Assembly: GCF_001194135.2 (NCBI RefSeq)
Contig: NC_068988.1
Span: 37,754,396 to 37,795,926 of the forward strand
Source of the DNA: Octopus bimaculoides
Lineage: Eukaryota
DNA length: 41,531 nt
Direction: 5' to 3'
Of this stretch, positions 11,730 to 22,740 are shown in pieces (the first letter of the stretch is position 1; each line of letters begins with the position of its first letter). The notes below the pieces were generated by a model. It did no database searches. It was not told where the DNA came from and saw only the letters and a list, made by a program, of their open reading frames with translations. A program made the translations under genes and the position numbers.

Positions 11730-13525
11730 ATCACTAGCACAATCTCCTCTCTTGCACACTGCAAATAATTCCTCTCAATACATCTATGCTCTGTTCTACA
11801 TGCATACTGATATTGCACATCCAGTGGATCATACCAATTTCGTTCTTGTCCAACCTTTGCATGTCCTTCTACATTCAGGGCCCACATCTCACCACCATTC
11901 AGTATTGCAGTTCATACATATGCATCATACAATTTTCCCTTCACTTGGAGACAGAGAGACACCTTTGGTTGCCAACAGGGGTAAAAGTTCTCTGAACTTT
12001 CTCTATCCTATTCTTATTCTAGCAATTATAGTTTCTGTACAACCTCCTTCCTCTGTTGCTAATTAGGTTTCTTAAGTAGCAAAAATTATGTACAACTTTC
12101 AGAGATCCACCAGGACAGTTAAGAAAATCAGTTTCTCATGTATCTGTCGTAGTTATAACTCCCACACATCTTCCTCATACAAATACTACTTTCTCTGTTA
12201 ACCTTCCTACTATTCCACTGCATCTCTTGTGTGTCCATAGCTTGCACTGGGTACATCGAATAGAATTTCTGCCTATACATTTCCTACATATCAAGCAGGG
12301 CTATTTAGTGGAAGAGTGAAGAATCCTGTCCAATTTCTTGCTTACTAGGACCTTGGACTTTGCTAAGTTTACTTTAAGAACCTTTGATTCTAGGTTCTGT
12401 TTCCACACCTGGAATTTATTTTCTAATTCTCTCGTGATGGCACCACCATTCGAGCGTGATCATTACCAGCATCGCCTTCCTGGCACTTGTGCCACAGCTT
12501 CGTGTTCCTGGCATATGAAAAGTCATTCGAGCGAGATCGTTGCCAGTGCCGCTGAATTGGCTCCTGTGCAGGTGGCACGTAAAATACACCATTTTGAGCT
12601 TGGCCATTGCCAGTACCACCTAGACTGGTCTTTGTGCTGGTGGCACGTAAAAGCACCCACTACACTCTCGAAGTGGTTGGCGTTAGGAAGGGCATCCAGC
12701 TGTAGAAGCTCTGCCAAATCAGATTGGAGCCTGGTGTGGCGATCTGGTTCACCAGTCCTCAGTCAAATCGTCCAACCCATGCTAGCATGGAAAGCAGACG
12801 TTAAATGATGATGATGATGATGATGTTTTAGATTCTGCTATCAGGGCAAGATCATCAACATATAGTAGTTCTCATGGGTTTCCAATCTTAAATTCCTCTG
12901 TTATGGTCTGGAGGACAATGGTGAGTAGCTGGGGGCTGAGGACCGACTTTTGTTGGAAATCTACTATCACACTAAATTCATCACTAAACTGATGGCCAAC
13001 TCTTACCTTACTAACAACCCAACTGTACATAGCTTGTACTGCTTTCACTTATCATTTGTCTATCTCTAGCTTCCTCAGAGCCCATTGTATAACAGAGCAA
13101 GGTACTTTGTCAAAGGCTTTCTCTAGATCAACAGATGCCAAGTACAACAGCTTGTTTTTAGCTTAATAATTCTCTTTAGTTGCCTGACTATGAAAATAGC
13201 ATCCACGGTGCTTCTTTCTGGTATAAAGCCGAACTGCATTTCATTTAGTATTGTTGTGTTCCTAATTAATATATAACTCTCTCTGCAACTTTCATCACTT
13301 GGTCCAGCAATTTGATGCCTCTATAATTATTTCTATCTAAGGTATCTCCCTTGCCCTTGTAGCAGCTGACTATGATGCTACTGTACCAGTCACTAGGGAT
13401 TACACCTTCCTGAATAACCTGATTAACTATGTGGGCAACTAGACTGTATTCAACTCTACCAGATATCTTAAGCATCTTGGCAATAACTCCTGATGGACCA
13501 GGGGCCTTCCCTGTCTTCATATCTT
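11730..13525 (-). mobile_element. Degenerate RTE-clade LINE, RT region, split by a younger insertion
   Basis: On -: KTGKAPGPSG..IPSDWYSSIIVSCYKGKGD..NNYRGIKLL; DLEKAFDKVP; LLYVDDLALIAES; then, after the insertion, KVNLAKSKVL..CTQCKLWTHKRC; QERRLC. Many stops and frameshifts. Confidence 0.85.
12434..12825 (+). mobile_element. Younger RTE LINE 3' end with (GAT)n tail, nested in the older RTE
   Basis: Ends ...ccatgctagcatggaaagcagacgttaaatgatgatgatg, the same tail as the copies at 1-207 and 28113-28433. Confidence 0.85.
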
Positions 13526-13577
13526 AGGTCAAGAGGTCAGTTAGCTTGATATATACATACACACGCACACCATTATT

Positions 13578-13795
13578 AATGACGAGTTGGCAGAATTGTT
13601 AGCATGCTGGACAAAATGCTTAGCTGTATTTTGCCTGCTACTATGTTCTGAGTTCAAATTCCACTGAGGATGACTTTGCCTTTCATCCTTTTGGGGTTGA
13701 TAAATTGAGTACCAGTGAAACATTGGGGTCGATATAATCAACTACCCCCCCCTCCCAAATTTCAGGCCTGTGCCTAAGTTAGAAATTATTATTAT
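13578..13795 (+). mobile_element. tRNA-derived SINE family B (Meta-domain-like centre), representative copy
   Basis: A-box-like TGGCAGAATTG, B box GAGTTCAAATTCC, centre GACTTTGCCTTTCATCCT..GATAAATTGAGTACC. Other copies on - at about 2465-2672, 2680-2912, 6542-6705, 16705-17005 (tandem partial plus full), 28625-28800, 29430-29600 and 35372-35505. The superfamily label is from memory. Confidence 0.75.
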
Positions 13796-14950
13796 TAAGC
13801 AGTGAGCTGACAGAATCATTAGCATGCCAGGGAAAATGTTTTGGTCTTGTGCCAAAATTTGGAATCATCATCATCATCATTATTATAAAAACCAAAACAA
13901 AACCTTGTAAAATATAGTGACCCAAGGATTCCTAACCAAAATATTAATTTATTATGTTATTTATCAAGCTGATAAAAACAAGGCAGTTTAGTAACTGCAT
14001 TTAATGCAGTCAGCATTTAAATAGACATGAGCATTTACCTGCCTGTTAAATGTCGAAATAAGTTAATATTTTAGCCAGGAAACCCTGGGTAGCTGTATTT
14101 CACAAGCCTCATAATCATATCTTTACTCTCTTAACTGACTGAGTGCTATGCTACTTATTGAAAATCATACCACACAGTATATATATGTATGTGTATATAT
14201 ACATACATATATATATGTTTGTGTGTGTGTGTGTGTGTATGTGTTTGCTTCCCAACTACATAGTTCCAGGTTCAGCCCCATTGCATGGCACCTTGGCCAA
14301 GCATCTTCTACTATAGCCACAGGTCAACCAAAGCCTTGTGAGTGAATTTGGTAGGTGGAAACTTAAAGAAGCCTGTTGTATATATATATCATCATCATCA
14401 TCATCATCGTTTAACGTCCGCTTTCCATGCTAGCATGGGTTGGACGATTTGACTGNNNNNNNNNNTGTGTGTGTGTGTATGTATGTGTATCTTTGTTTGT
14501 TCCACTCCCTATTACTGCTTGAGAACCTGTGTTGGTGTGTTTACACCTCTGTAATTTAGCAGTTTGGCAAAAGAGACTGATAGAATAAGTACTGAGAGTT
14601 GATTTGTTTAACTAAAACCCTTCAAAGTGGTGCTCCAGCATGGCCACAGTCAAATGACTGAAACAAGTAAAAGAATAAAAGAAATATATACATACATAAT
14701 AGGCGCAGTAGTGGCTGTGGGGTAAGTAGCTTGCTTACCAATCACATGGTTCCAGGTTCAGTCCCACTGCATTGCACCTTGGGTAAGTGTCTTCTTCTAT
14801 AGCCTCGGGCTGACCAAAGCCTTGTGAGTGGATTTGGTAGATGGAAACTGAAAGAAGCTCATTGTATATATGTACATACATTCCCTACTTTTAGGTCACT
14901 TTAAACAGAACCCTTAATTCAATAACACTGTGTATAAACTCTGTATTTGG

Positions 14951-15118
14951 AATGACCAATTTCAAAGACAGTTGGATTTTAATCATAGGGTATTGGAATT
15001 TTAATAATGGATTTACAAATGCAATGACCAATCTTAAAGACTATTGGATTTTACTCACAAGGTTTTGGAATCTTATATGTATACCATTCTGTCTAAACAA
15101 TGGATTTACAAATACAAT
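14951..15118 (+). repeat. Imperfect tandem duplication (72-bp unit plus a 96-bp unit)
   Basis: Both units start AATGACCAAT (14951 and 15023) and end AATGGATTTACAAAT. Confidence 0.75.
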
Positions 15119-15186
15119 ATCCTTGCATTCACTCTCTATTTCCTATCCTATCTAAATTAGTTATTGCTTAACCATCCTCTTACACC

Positions 15187-15234
15187 GTCTCCGATGAAGG
15201 GATATAATAAATATCCTGGAAACAGCTGTAAGAC
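15187..15234 (+). ncRNA. Degenerate hammerhead-like motif of a second, unrelated repeat (probable Penelope-like pseudo-LTR relic)
   Basis: GTCT CCGATGA AGGGATAT AATAA ATATCCTG GAAAC AGCT GTA AGAC. Stem I GTCT/AGAC, stem II GGATAT/ATATCC, palindromic ACAGCTGT. The core has U4 changed to C. Confidence 0.45.
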
Positions 15235-15720
15235 CTATTTATAAATGTTCTAAAATATACACAGCCTTGGTTTTTTTTATCTCATTACGAAAAGTAAACC
15301 CTTATATATGTGTGCGTGTGTTTGTCCCCCCACCATCGTATGCAGTTCGGCAAAAAGAGAACGATAGAATAAATACTAGACTTACAAAGAATGAGCCATG
15401 GGGTCAGTTTGTTTGACTAAGGGTGGTTTTCCAGCATGGCCACAGTCAAATGACTGAAACAAATAAGAGTATACATACACACACACACACACATATATAT
15501 ATGTTGTCAGAAGTTCATATGTCCAAAAAAAAGCATACTCTAAAGCATTAGAGCAGTAATATATTTTTCCAGGTAGTTAAAAGTTATGGCTAGTCATAGA
15601 GTGACTTTGGTTTCGCACCCATTAAGTGTTTAGCAGTATTGGCAAGTCTGATGAGTCATCTATACTGTTGCTTTATAGGTGTGAGACTAATAGTCACCAG
15701 GCATAACTTTTAACTTCCTA

Positions 15721-15970
15721 ATTATATACATTATTATGTACATTATTTACATTTGATGGATATTTGTCCTCATCTTGTTTGTTGTTAACACGTTTCTGCT
15801 GATATACCTTCCAGCCTTCATCAGGTGTCTTGGGGAAATTTCGAACCTGGGTCCTCATTCCTAAGGTATTTTTAGATATTATTATTATTATTCAGGTCAC
15901 TGCCTGGAATCAAACTTAGGATCTTGGGGTTAGTAGCCCGCGCTCTTAACCACTACGCCATATGCCCGTG
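15721..15970 (-). mobile_element. tRNA-headed SINE-like element with hammerhead motif, copy 2 (mutated)
   Basis: Colinear with copies 1 and 3. Stem II has a C-to-A change (CAGCAGAAA) and 3 nt are missing after GAAACG. Confidence 0.8.
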
Positions 15971-17218
15971 TATATTTGTAAATAATGTCCTAATTATATA
16001 TATCCATTTACTTTTGTTTGGGCAAAGGTCTAGGAAGCATTCTGAAAAGCTCCTATGCTCCTCTGTCACCTACCACCTGTTAATTCCACCTTCCAAGGTA
16101 ATCTGACGGTATGATTACATAGCATGGAACTCCTTTCAGCTTAAGATAAATATAATAACAATAACTTGTGGATGGAAATTCATAGTCTTTATTAATGCAT
16201 ATGTTTCTACACCACTCACATTCATTAAATAACAATTTTCCATGTTCCTAAGATATTAAGATCGCACTTAATATTTGTGAATTTGGAATTTTTTCAATTC
16301 CATTCCAATGTAGGTGTTTCCACAAGTATCACATTTTCGTTTGTGTTTTTGTGTTTTGTCTCTTCATCTCATACACAATTGTCTTATCATTTTATGACTT
16401 TATTTAACATATCTCTTTATCAGTGCAAACATAGTACTTGATTAACTTGGTTATTGTAAACTTATTTTATTTTTTATTCTCGATTCTTATATATGTATTT
16501 TACTTACAATTAATTGTAGGAAGTTTCTTCATTCTAAATCATTCTCACTCATGATCTCTTCTGTTCCCCACAAGCCACTTGCAAATAACAAAATAATATA
16601 ATTGAAATAAGTGAAGTACCTTCTGAAAAGTCACCTGACAAGGCACATTTGCACCGAATGATGCATCACAACCAATCATGCAGAATCATTAATAATAAGA
16701 AAAATCCTTTCTACTGAAAGCACAAGGCCTGAAATTTTGTGGGAGGGGACTAGTTGATTGCATTGACCTCAGTTTAATGGGTACTTAATTTATCAACCTC
16801 GAAAGGATGAAAGGCAAAGTCGACCTCATCACAATGCCTGAAATTTTGTGGGAGGTGACTAGTCGATTACATCAATCTCAGTGCCTAACTGGTACTTATT
16901 TTATTGACCCCAGAAGGATGAAAAACAAAGTCAACCTTGATGAAACTTGAACTCAGATCATAAAGTCAGACAAAATGCCACTAAGCATTCTGCCAGCTTA
17001 CTGCCTTGATAATAATAATGATATACAATGTTGCAAGTATTTAGAATATTGAAGAAAATTAAAAGGATATTAATATAATAATCAAAATAAAATAAAAACG
17101 AGAAAATATAATATAAAAACAAGACAAGTTTATGCACCAATGAGAAATTAGAGATGATAATAAAAATGTTAATATAACTAAATATACATACACACACACT
17201 CATCTATATATATCGTTA

Positions 17219-17761
17219 TTATTTTCTATAATAATGCCCCTTATATAAATATAAACGAATAATTATATTCTTGGGAATAGAAATTTCCCTTATGAATTTT
17301 TTTACACACTGGCTTCTTGATAAAATTCTTGTAAAAGAGTTTTATCCCTTTTTGAATTTACTTATCAAATATATACACGGAATATATTCAATGTTGAATT
17401 TTTATTCCTGTCCCCACATGGGTACCCAGAAGCAACCCGGAAGTATTCCCGCCTCCTTGATGAAGATATATACAGATAAACTTCATTCCCTTTACTCTGT
17501 CGGATACGTAGTGTGTTCGTTTTTGGTGAGGTGAGAATTCTGTTTATTTATATATATTTTTGGGACAATACTGTGCTGATGAACGAAATCTAGATTCATT
17601 CTAGTAATCGCGAAATCAGTCGATACACAGTTCAGTTTATTTAAAAGAAAGTTGGTCTTCTGTTGGTTGTTTTTCCTCGCATTAGGTACTAAATTGTGGT
17701 TATTTTGAGAAGTCCACTGTGTGGCGTTATTTTCTATAATAATGCCCCTTATATAAATATA
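17219..17761. repeat. Perfect 35-bp direct repeat pair (17219-17253 and 17727-17761) around a unique 473-bp segment
   Basis: TTATTTTCTATAATAATGCCCCTTATATAAATATA occurs at both positions. Confidence 0.9.
17435..17453 (+). promoter_or_regulatory. Candidate ETS (GABP/ELK-type) site with adjacent GC-box-like motif
   Basis: CCGGAAGT at 17437-17444 and CCCGCC at 17448-17453, in a locally CpG-richer island. A donor-like GAG|GTGAGA follows at 17530/17531. Motif evidence only. Confidence 0.3.
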
Positions 17762-18892
17762 TATATATATGCGCACACATATTACAGTATGTAGGTTACA
17801 GAAACAAGTATACTATGGGTTAGAGAATAACAGAACCAACCAGATTAATTATACAAAGCTTGGTACCAGTAGATATTACGTATCAAGTTTGAAGTAAGCA
17901 AATGTCCTTCCATAATGCAAATATTTCAACTTAAGTTCAGGTGTCTTATTAAGCAGGTTACCAAGATATTTTAATATTTCGTATAATTCAGAACAACACA
18001 TCCTAAAGTCTGTTGTTTAAATATGGGGACACTTTTCTATCTATACTCCAGGCGATTTCAAAACTGAGTTTTATTGTCACTTAATTTCCATACATTTTAA
18101 GCAAAGGATGTGATGCAAACTTTGCGATATCGGAAAGATAATTATATAAACTAGATTTAAAGTTACAAGAAGTTGGGCTTATATAGGTAAAGATATTAGC
18201 ATAGTCATTATATTATACTTGCAAACTATTATTTGCTAAACAGGTCCTACTGAGTGAATAGGTATCCATTATCACGACAGTTGTACATTCTGGGGGTAAC
18301 CCAGTGATTCTTATCACAATTATTATATAAATTGTGAAATATTAAGACTAATAGAATGATTCAAAGATTCAACCCTATTACTATAGTGTAATATAGAGTA
18401 GCATTGTTATTTACAACACTTAAGACATATATTTAATTGCATCAGAATTATTATAGTTATTAGTTAATACATGATATTTGTAAAGTTTGTGTTATCAACC
18501 ATTATTCTCATAGCCCCATCACCACTGTTTCCATGTACATGAGAAGGATTAGTGTTATTATTGACAAGGAATCACAAATTGATGACAATATCAACAGGTA
18601 CATGGCTGCTAGCAAGGGCATTCAAGCATGAATCATCCGAATTCCTACTACATTTTTTAGGTACGCAGTTAAGCACTCTGTTCTTATGGTTATTGGCTGT
18701 GCCAACAAAATTCTCCTGTTCTGTACAATCCCTCATATTGTTTATATTATTATTTATCTTATCTCTTATTTCTGCTCCAAAAAAATGTATAGCCACTTCC
18801 AACTTTAATTTACACATAGAGCAGCAATATCAATATCATATGAGCTAATTACTTTTATTTTTCTTAACGTTATTATTATTATTTGGAACAGA

Positions 18893-20002
18893 AAGCTGGC
18901 TGATGAACTAAGAATTCATGGTGGTGGTTTTGCTATTAAATTGACTCTACTTCACAAGTTGTCATCCATCCCTCAAGCTGTTAATGAGCATCTCTTGACA
19001 TTCTGTATACCCATAGGTAATTCTTCATCTATGCACGTTATCAGCATCCGAACAAGAACATAAGATTTTCCACTCCAAATTGGAGACAATTGTCAGTAAA
19101 ATTCCATATCATGACAATGTCATATTGATGGGCCATCTTAATGCCAGAATAGGTAACAAACACACACTGTGGTCAAAAGTAATAGGAAAACATGGAACAC
19201 GAAAGATGCATGTAAGTGGTTTATGACTGGTGTCTTTTTGCCAAAAGCTTAGTTTAACAATTACAAACACAACGTTTCAGCAGCCAGATAAATATAAAAA
19301 CACCTGGAAGGATCCCTGATCTGGTAGCAATAACAGTCAATCATATGCCAGCTAAGAACAAAGATTGCAATGATTTCAGATTAACCAGAACTCACAAAAC
19401 TCCCAAGTGTTACTTGGATCACACAATGGTTTGCACTTTAATCCAGTATACCTCTGAGAATGTGTCTTCTTTAAAAGAATCCAGAAATGACAAAAGATTT
19501 TAAAATACATCCAAATTCAAAGCTTGAGAATACAGAGGAAAGCAATGACCTTGAAGTTTTGTGGTGAAATATTTGCGACAGCATTAAATCATCTGCTAAA
19601 GTTTTAGGATTCGTAAAATGCAAGCATTAAGAATGGTAGGATGAGAACAATTCTCAAATCAAGCCTCTCCTAGAAACTATGCACAAAAGATACAAGCCAT
19701 GGATCTCAAACAAAACTTCACCAACACTCAGATGTCTATAAATCTCCTATAAGAAAACTACTCAGAAAGTAATGTGAGATGAAAAATTCTGCATGGGCAA
19801 AAAAACCCCAAGAATTCGAATGGGTTACTAACTCTCACAACTTGGGAGTTGTATGACAATTTGAAAGGTGTATTTGGTAATAAAAAACAAAAAAAAAAAA
19901 AAGGCTGGTACAGAACCTGTTCTTTCTAACAATGAGTCAAAACACTTAAGTAGCAAAGATGAAATTCTGAAAAGATGGGCAGAACACTTTAAATCCATAT
20001 TG
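18893..20002 (+). mobile_element. Old RTE/BovB-like LINE fragment (AP endonuclease and linker)
   Basis: Reads HGGGFAIKLTLL..INEH-like; LETIVSKIPYHDNVILMGHLNARIG..WSKVIGKHG..LTITNTTFQQPDKYKNTWKDP; KDEILKRWAEHF. Multiple stops. Confidence 0.75.
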
Positions 20003-20995
20003 ATCATCATCATCGGTTAACGTTCGCTTTCCATGATAGCATGGGTTGGACGATTTGACTGAGGACTGGTGGACCAGGTGGCTACACCAGGCTCCAATCT
20101 GACTTGGCAGAGTTTCTACAGCTAGATGCCCTTCCTAATGCCAACCACTCAGAGAGTATAGTGGGTGCTTTTACGTGCCACCGGCACGAAGGCCAGTCAG
20201 GCGGTACTGGCAACGGCCACGCTCACAATGGTGTATTTTACATGCCACCTGCACAGGAGTCAGTCCAGTGGAGAATGTAAAAATGAATATTTACACTTAA
20301 GAAAACCAATGTATGACCTCACCTGTGCTGGACCATAAATTGAAAGATGTGAGTATGGTATTGGTTCATCCATGTGTATAGGTATCTTGGTGTGGATATA
20401 TCTGTGTGTGTGTATATATATATATATATGTAGATATGTTTATTTGTTTGTGTGCTTGATGATATATGTCGTGCTTTGTGCATATGGACCTTCAGTTATC
20501 ATAACTGATCCTATTCTGATGTTTGTAACCTAGTGATCTGACATCAGCACACCCCTATTCTGTCTCTCTCAATGGCTTTATATCTTGCAATTCTTCTTCT
20601 GTCATTCTCTTAAATTGATGGTGAGAGATAAAGCTTAACAGAAATGATTTAGTGTTGTCTTCTAACTTAACAGGTTTACGATAATTACTTGTATGATAAA
20701 TGACCATGAGTTGGTACAGAGTCACTCTTTCACTAGTTTCCAAAATGAGAGGGTCAACACACACTCTATATTTTGATATTTTTTCAAGATGTATTTGGTG
20801 TATTCATCAATAAAAAGTACATCTGAAACAGCTGTAGTGAACTTCCCATCTGTGTTCTTCATATAAGTTAAAATATAGATATATGGACGCGCACGTGTGT
20901 GTGTGTGGGGGTGTAAAATGAATAATAAAATGGTTTACAACTGGTAACTTACTAATAAAGCAGTCACTTTCATTTGTCATATACGTGTGTGTGTG

Positions 20996-21026
<31 letters not shown>

Positions 21027-21858
21027 ATGTATGTATGTATGAGGTGTGGGAGAGGCAGTTGGATATACTCAGTTGCTTATGGTTGAGGGTAATGAGTAGA
21101 ATGTTCTTATCTATCGTAGGAACTGTTATATTTGTAGTTTTGTGGGGAGTAGAATTAGAATCTTATTGAGCTAGATAGTTCTTAAGCTTAATATTAGACA
21201 AGAATTTTTTTTTTCGCGAGAAACCACTAAGTGGAAAGTGCTTAAAATTTCTTTTTTAATTCATTCATTCCCAATGAACATACACTTTCACTAAGACTAC
21301 AAATTTAAAATTCTCTACTGAATCCTAATGCACTTTTTTCAAAAATGGAGTTAGTAACTTCTGTTATTGTTTGCCATGGCTTATCGAATTTCCATATGGT
21401 CAGATTTTTTTTCTACCCTGAAGACAGAGGCTCGATTTATCCAATGTTTATTTGCTTCCATTACCGGTTGCATATTCTGTTGAACTACATCTGCCAACAT
21501 CGTGAAGGAACTCCAAGCCTCCAGAAACAGCTGTCAGACTTGTAACACCATACCTTCTCTCCTTTAATATATAAATATATATTTATATACGAATATTCAT
21601 TGCTTGAGAATTTTCAGTCTTTGCTTTCTCTCTATTTATTATGTATACTTGCATATTTTTTTAATATCAAACCCAAGCAGTTTTATTTATTTATTTGCAT
21701 CAGTCTCCATATCTACTCACCTGGATTCCTCCTATAGCCACTGTTTACCCAGCAGACTTGGTTCCTCATAGACATTAGAGTGTAAGTTCAAATCATTTGA
21801 GCACTACAAAGTGTTTTCTATATTGAGAATCTCTGGATCCCATCTGTTGGCTCTATAC

Positions 21859-22022
21859 CAGTGCTCCACAACGGTATACCCTGGCACACTGGTGTGCCAC
21901 AGTAAAACCTGAACATAATTTTTTCCCTCCATACTTTTAGTTATATTTTTAGTTCAGGTGTGCCACTGAATTTTGAAAAGAATATAAGTGTACCGCAAAT
22001 GAAAATAGGTTGTGGAGCTCTG
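21859..22022. mobile_element. hAT (Charlie-like) MITE
   Basis: 14-bp TIRs, CAGTGCTCCACAAC and GTTGTGGAGCTCTG (13/14 match). Exact 8-bp TSD CTCTATAC at 21851-21858 and 22023-22030. Confidence 0.85.
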
Positions 22023-22572
22023 CTCTATACAAACATATATACACGAGAAAGTTAAAACAATGTTTACAATCTTGGAAATTTGCTATGTCAACATAAGAAA
22101 GTTTGTATGTCAACATACAATCATTTATTTAAAAAAACATCTTTCGATTGTTCAGTCTGCTTTTAGCAAATTAAAACGAAAAAAATTATGTACAAAATAA
22201 ATCAACAAAACAACAACAAAAGTACAAAAAAAATGGTAATGCAGAAACCAGTTCATAATGTTCTGTTATGTGTCCAATTCAATTCCTAGAAATAATAAAT
22301 GGAGAGAAATCCATCTCTTTGTCCTGCATTGTTTTGTCATTTAACTGTTTCTTTACTCATCTTCATCCAACTGCCTATACAACACCAGAGCACAAACACT
22401 ACCACCGTCATTATCATCATAAAGGTCTGTTTGAGAGAAGAAAGGAAAACCAAGCAAAAGGTATTTTAATATAACAAAGCTAATTAGACACAGGAATTTA
22501 AATGTGACTGATGGAGGATTTGGCTGTAGGTAGTACACGACAGGTATGTTAAATGGTATGAGAGAGAGACAC

Positions 22573-22603
<31 letters not shown>

Positions 22604-22706
22604 CATGTAAAAGAATGTGTTTGTCTGGAAGAATTTTCTTTTGTCAAAGAACCAGCAAAATGGTGATAAACTAAGTCTTTTAAATGGTTTCTTTGCTTCC
22701 AACCAT

Positions 22707-22740
22707 TCAGGATCGATAATCAGTGAAAGAAGCAGATTGC
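22707..22740 (-). CDS. NUP214: NUP214-like nucleoporin, last coding exon
   Basis: Acceptor attttattttttctttatag. Reads (G)QSASFTDYRS* with TGA at 22709-22707. The ending resembles the vertebrate NUP214 terminus ...GFGGWRS*. Confidence 0.8.

Noticed and set aside
17457-17600. TGATGA...CTGA pair (box C/D snoRNA-like) and CTGATGAACGAAA (hammerhead-like)
   Set aside because: No terminal stem or recognisable guide for a snoRNA; no stem II and only about 3 bp of stem I for a ribozyme.
20555-20764. 69-aa ORF on - with protein-like composition
   Set aside because: No polypyrimidine acceptor, no recognisable homology and no partner exons; probably decayed repeat sequence.
22484-22702. 72-aa hydrophobic ORF after the NUP214 stop
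   Set aside because: It lies in another frame of the 3' UTR and runs through a (TA)n/(TG)n microsatellite. It is reachable only by skipping the microexon, so it is not called as a gene.
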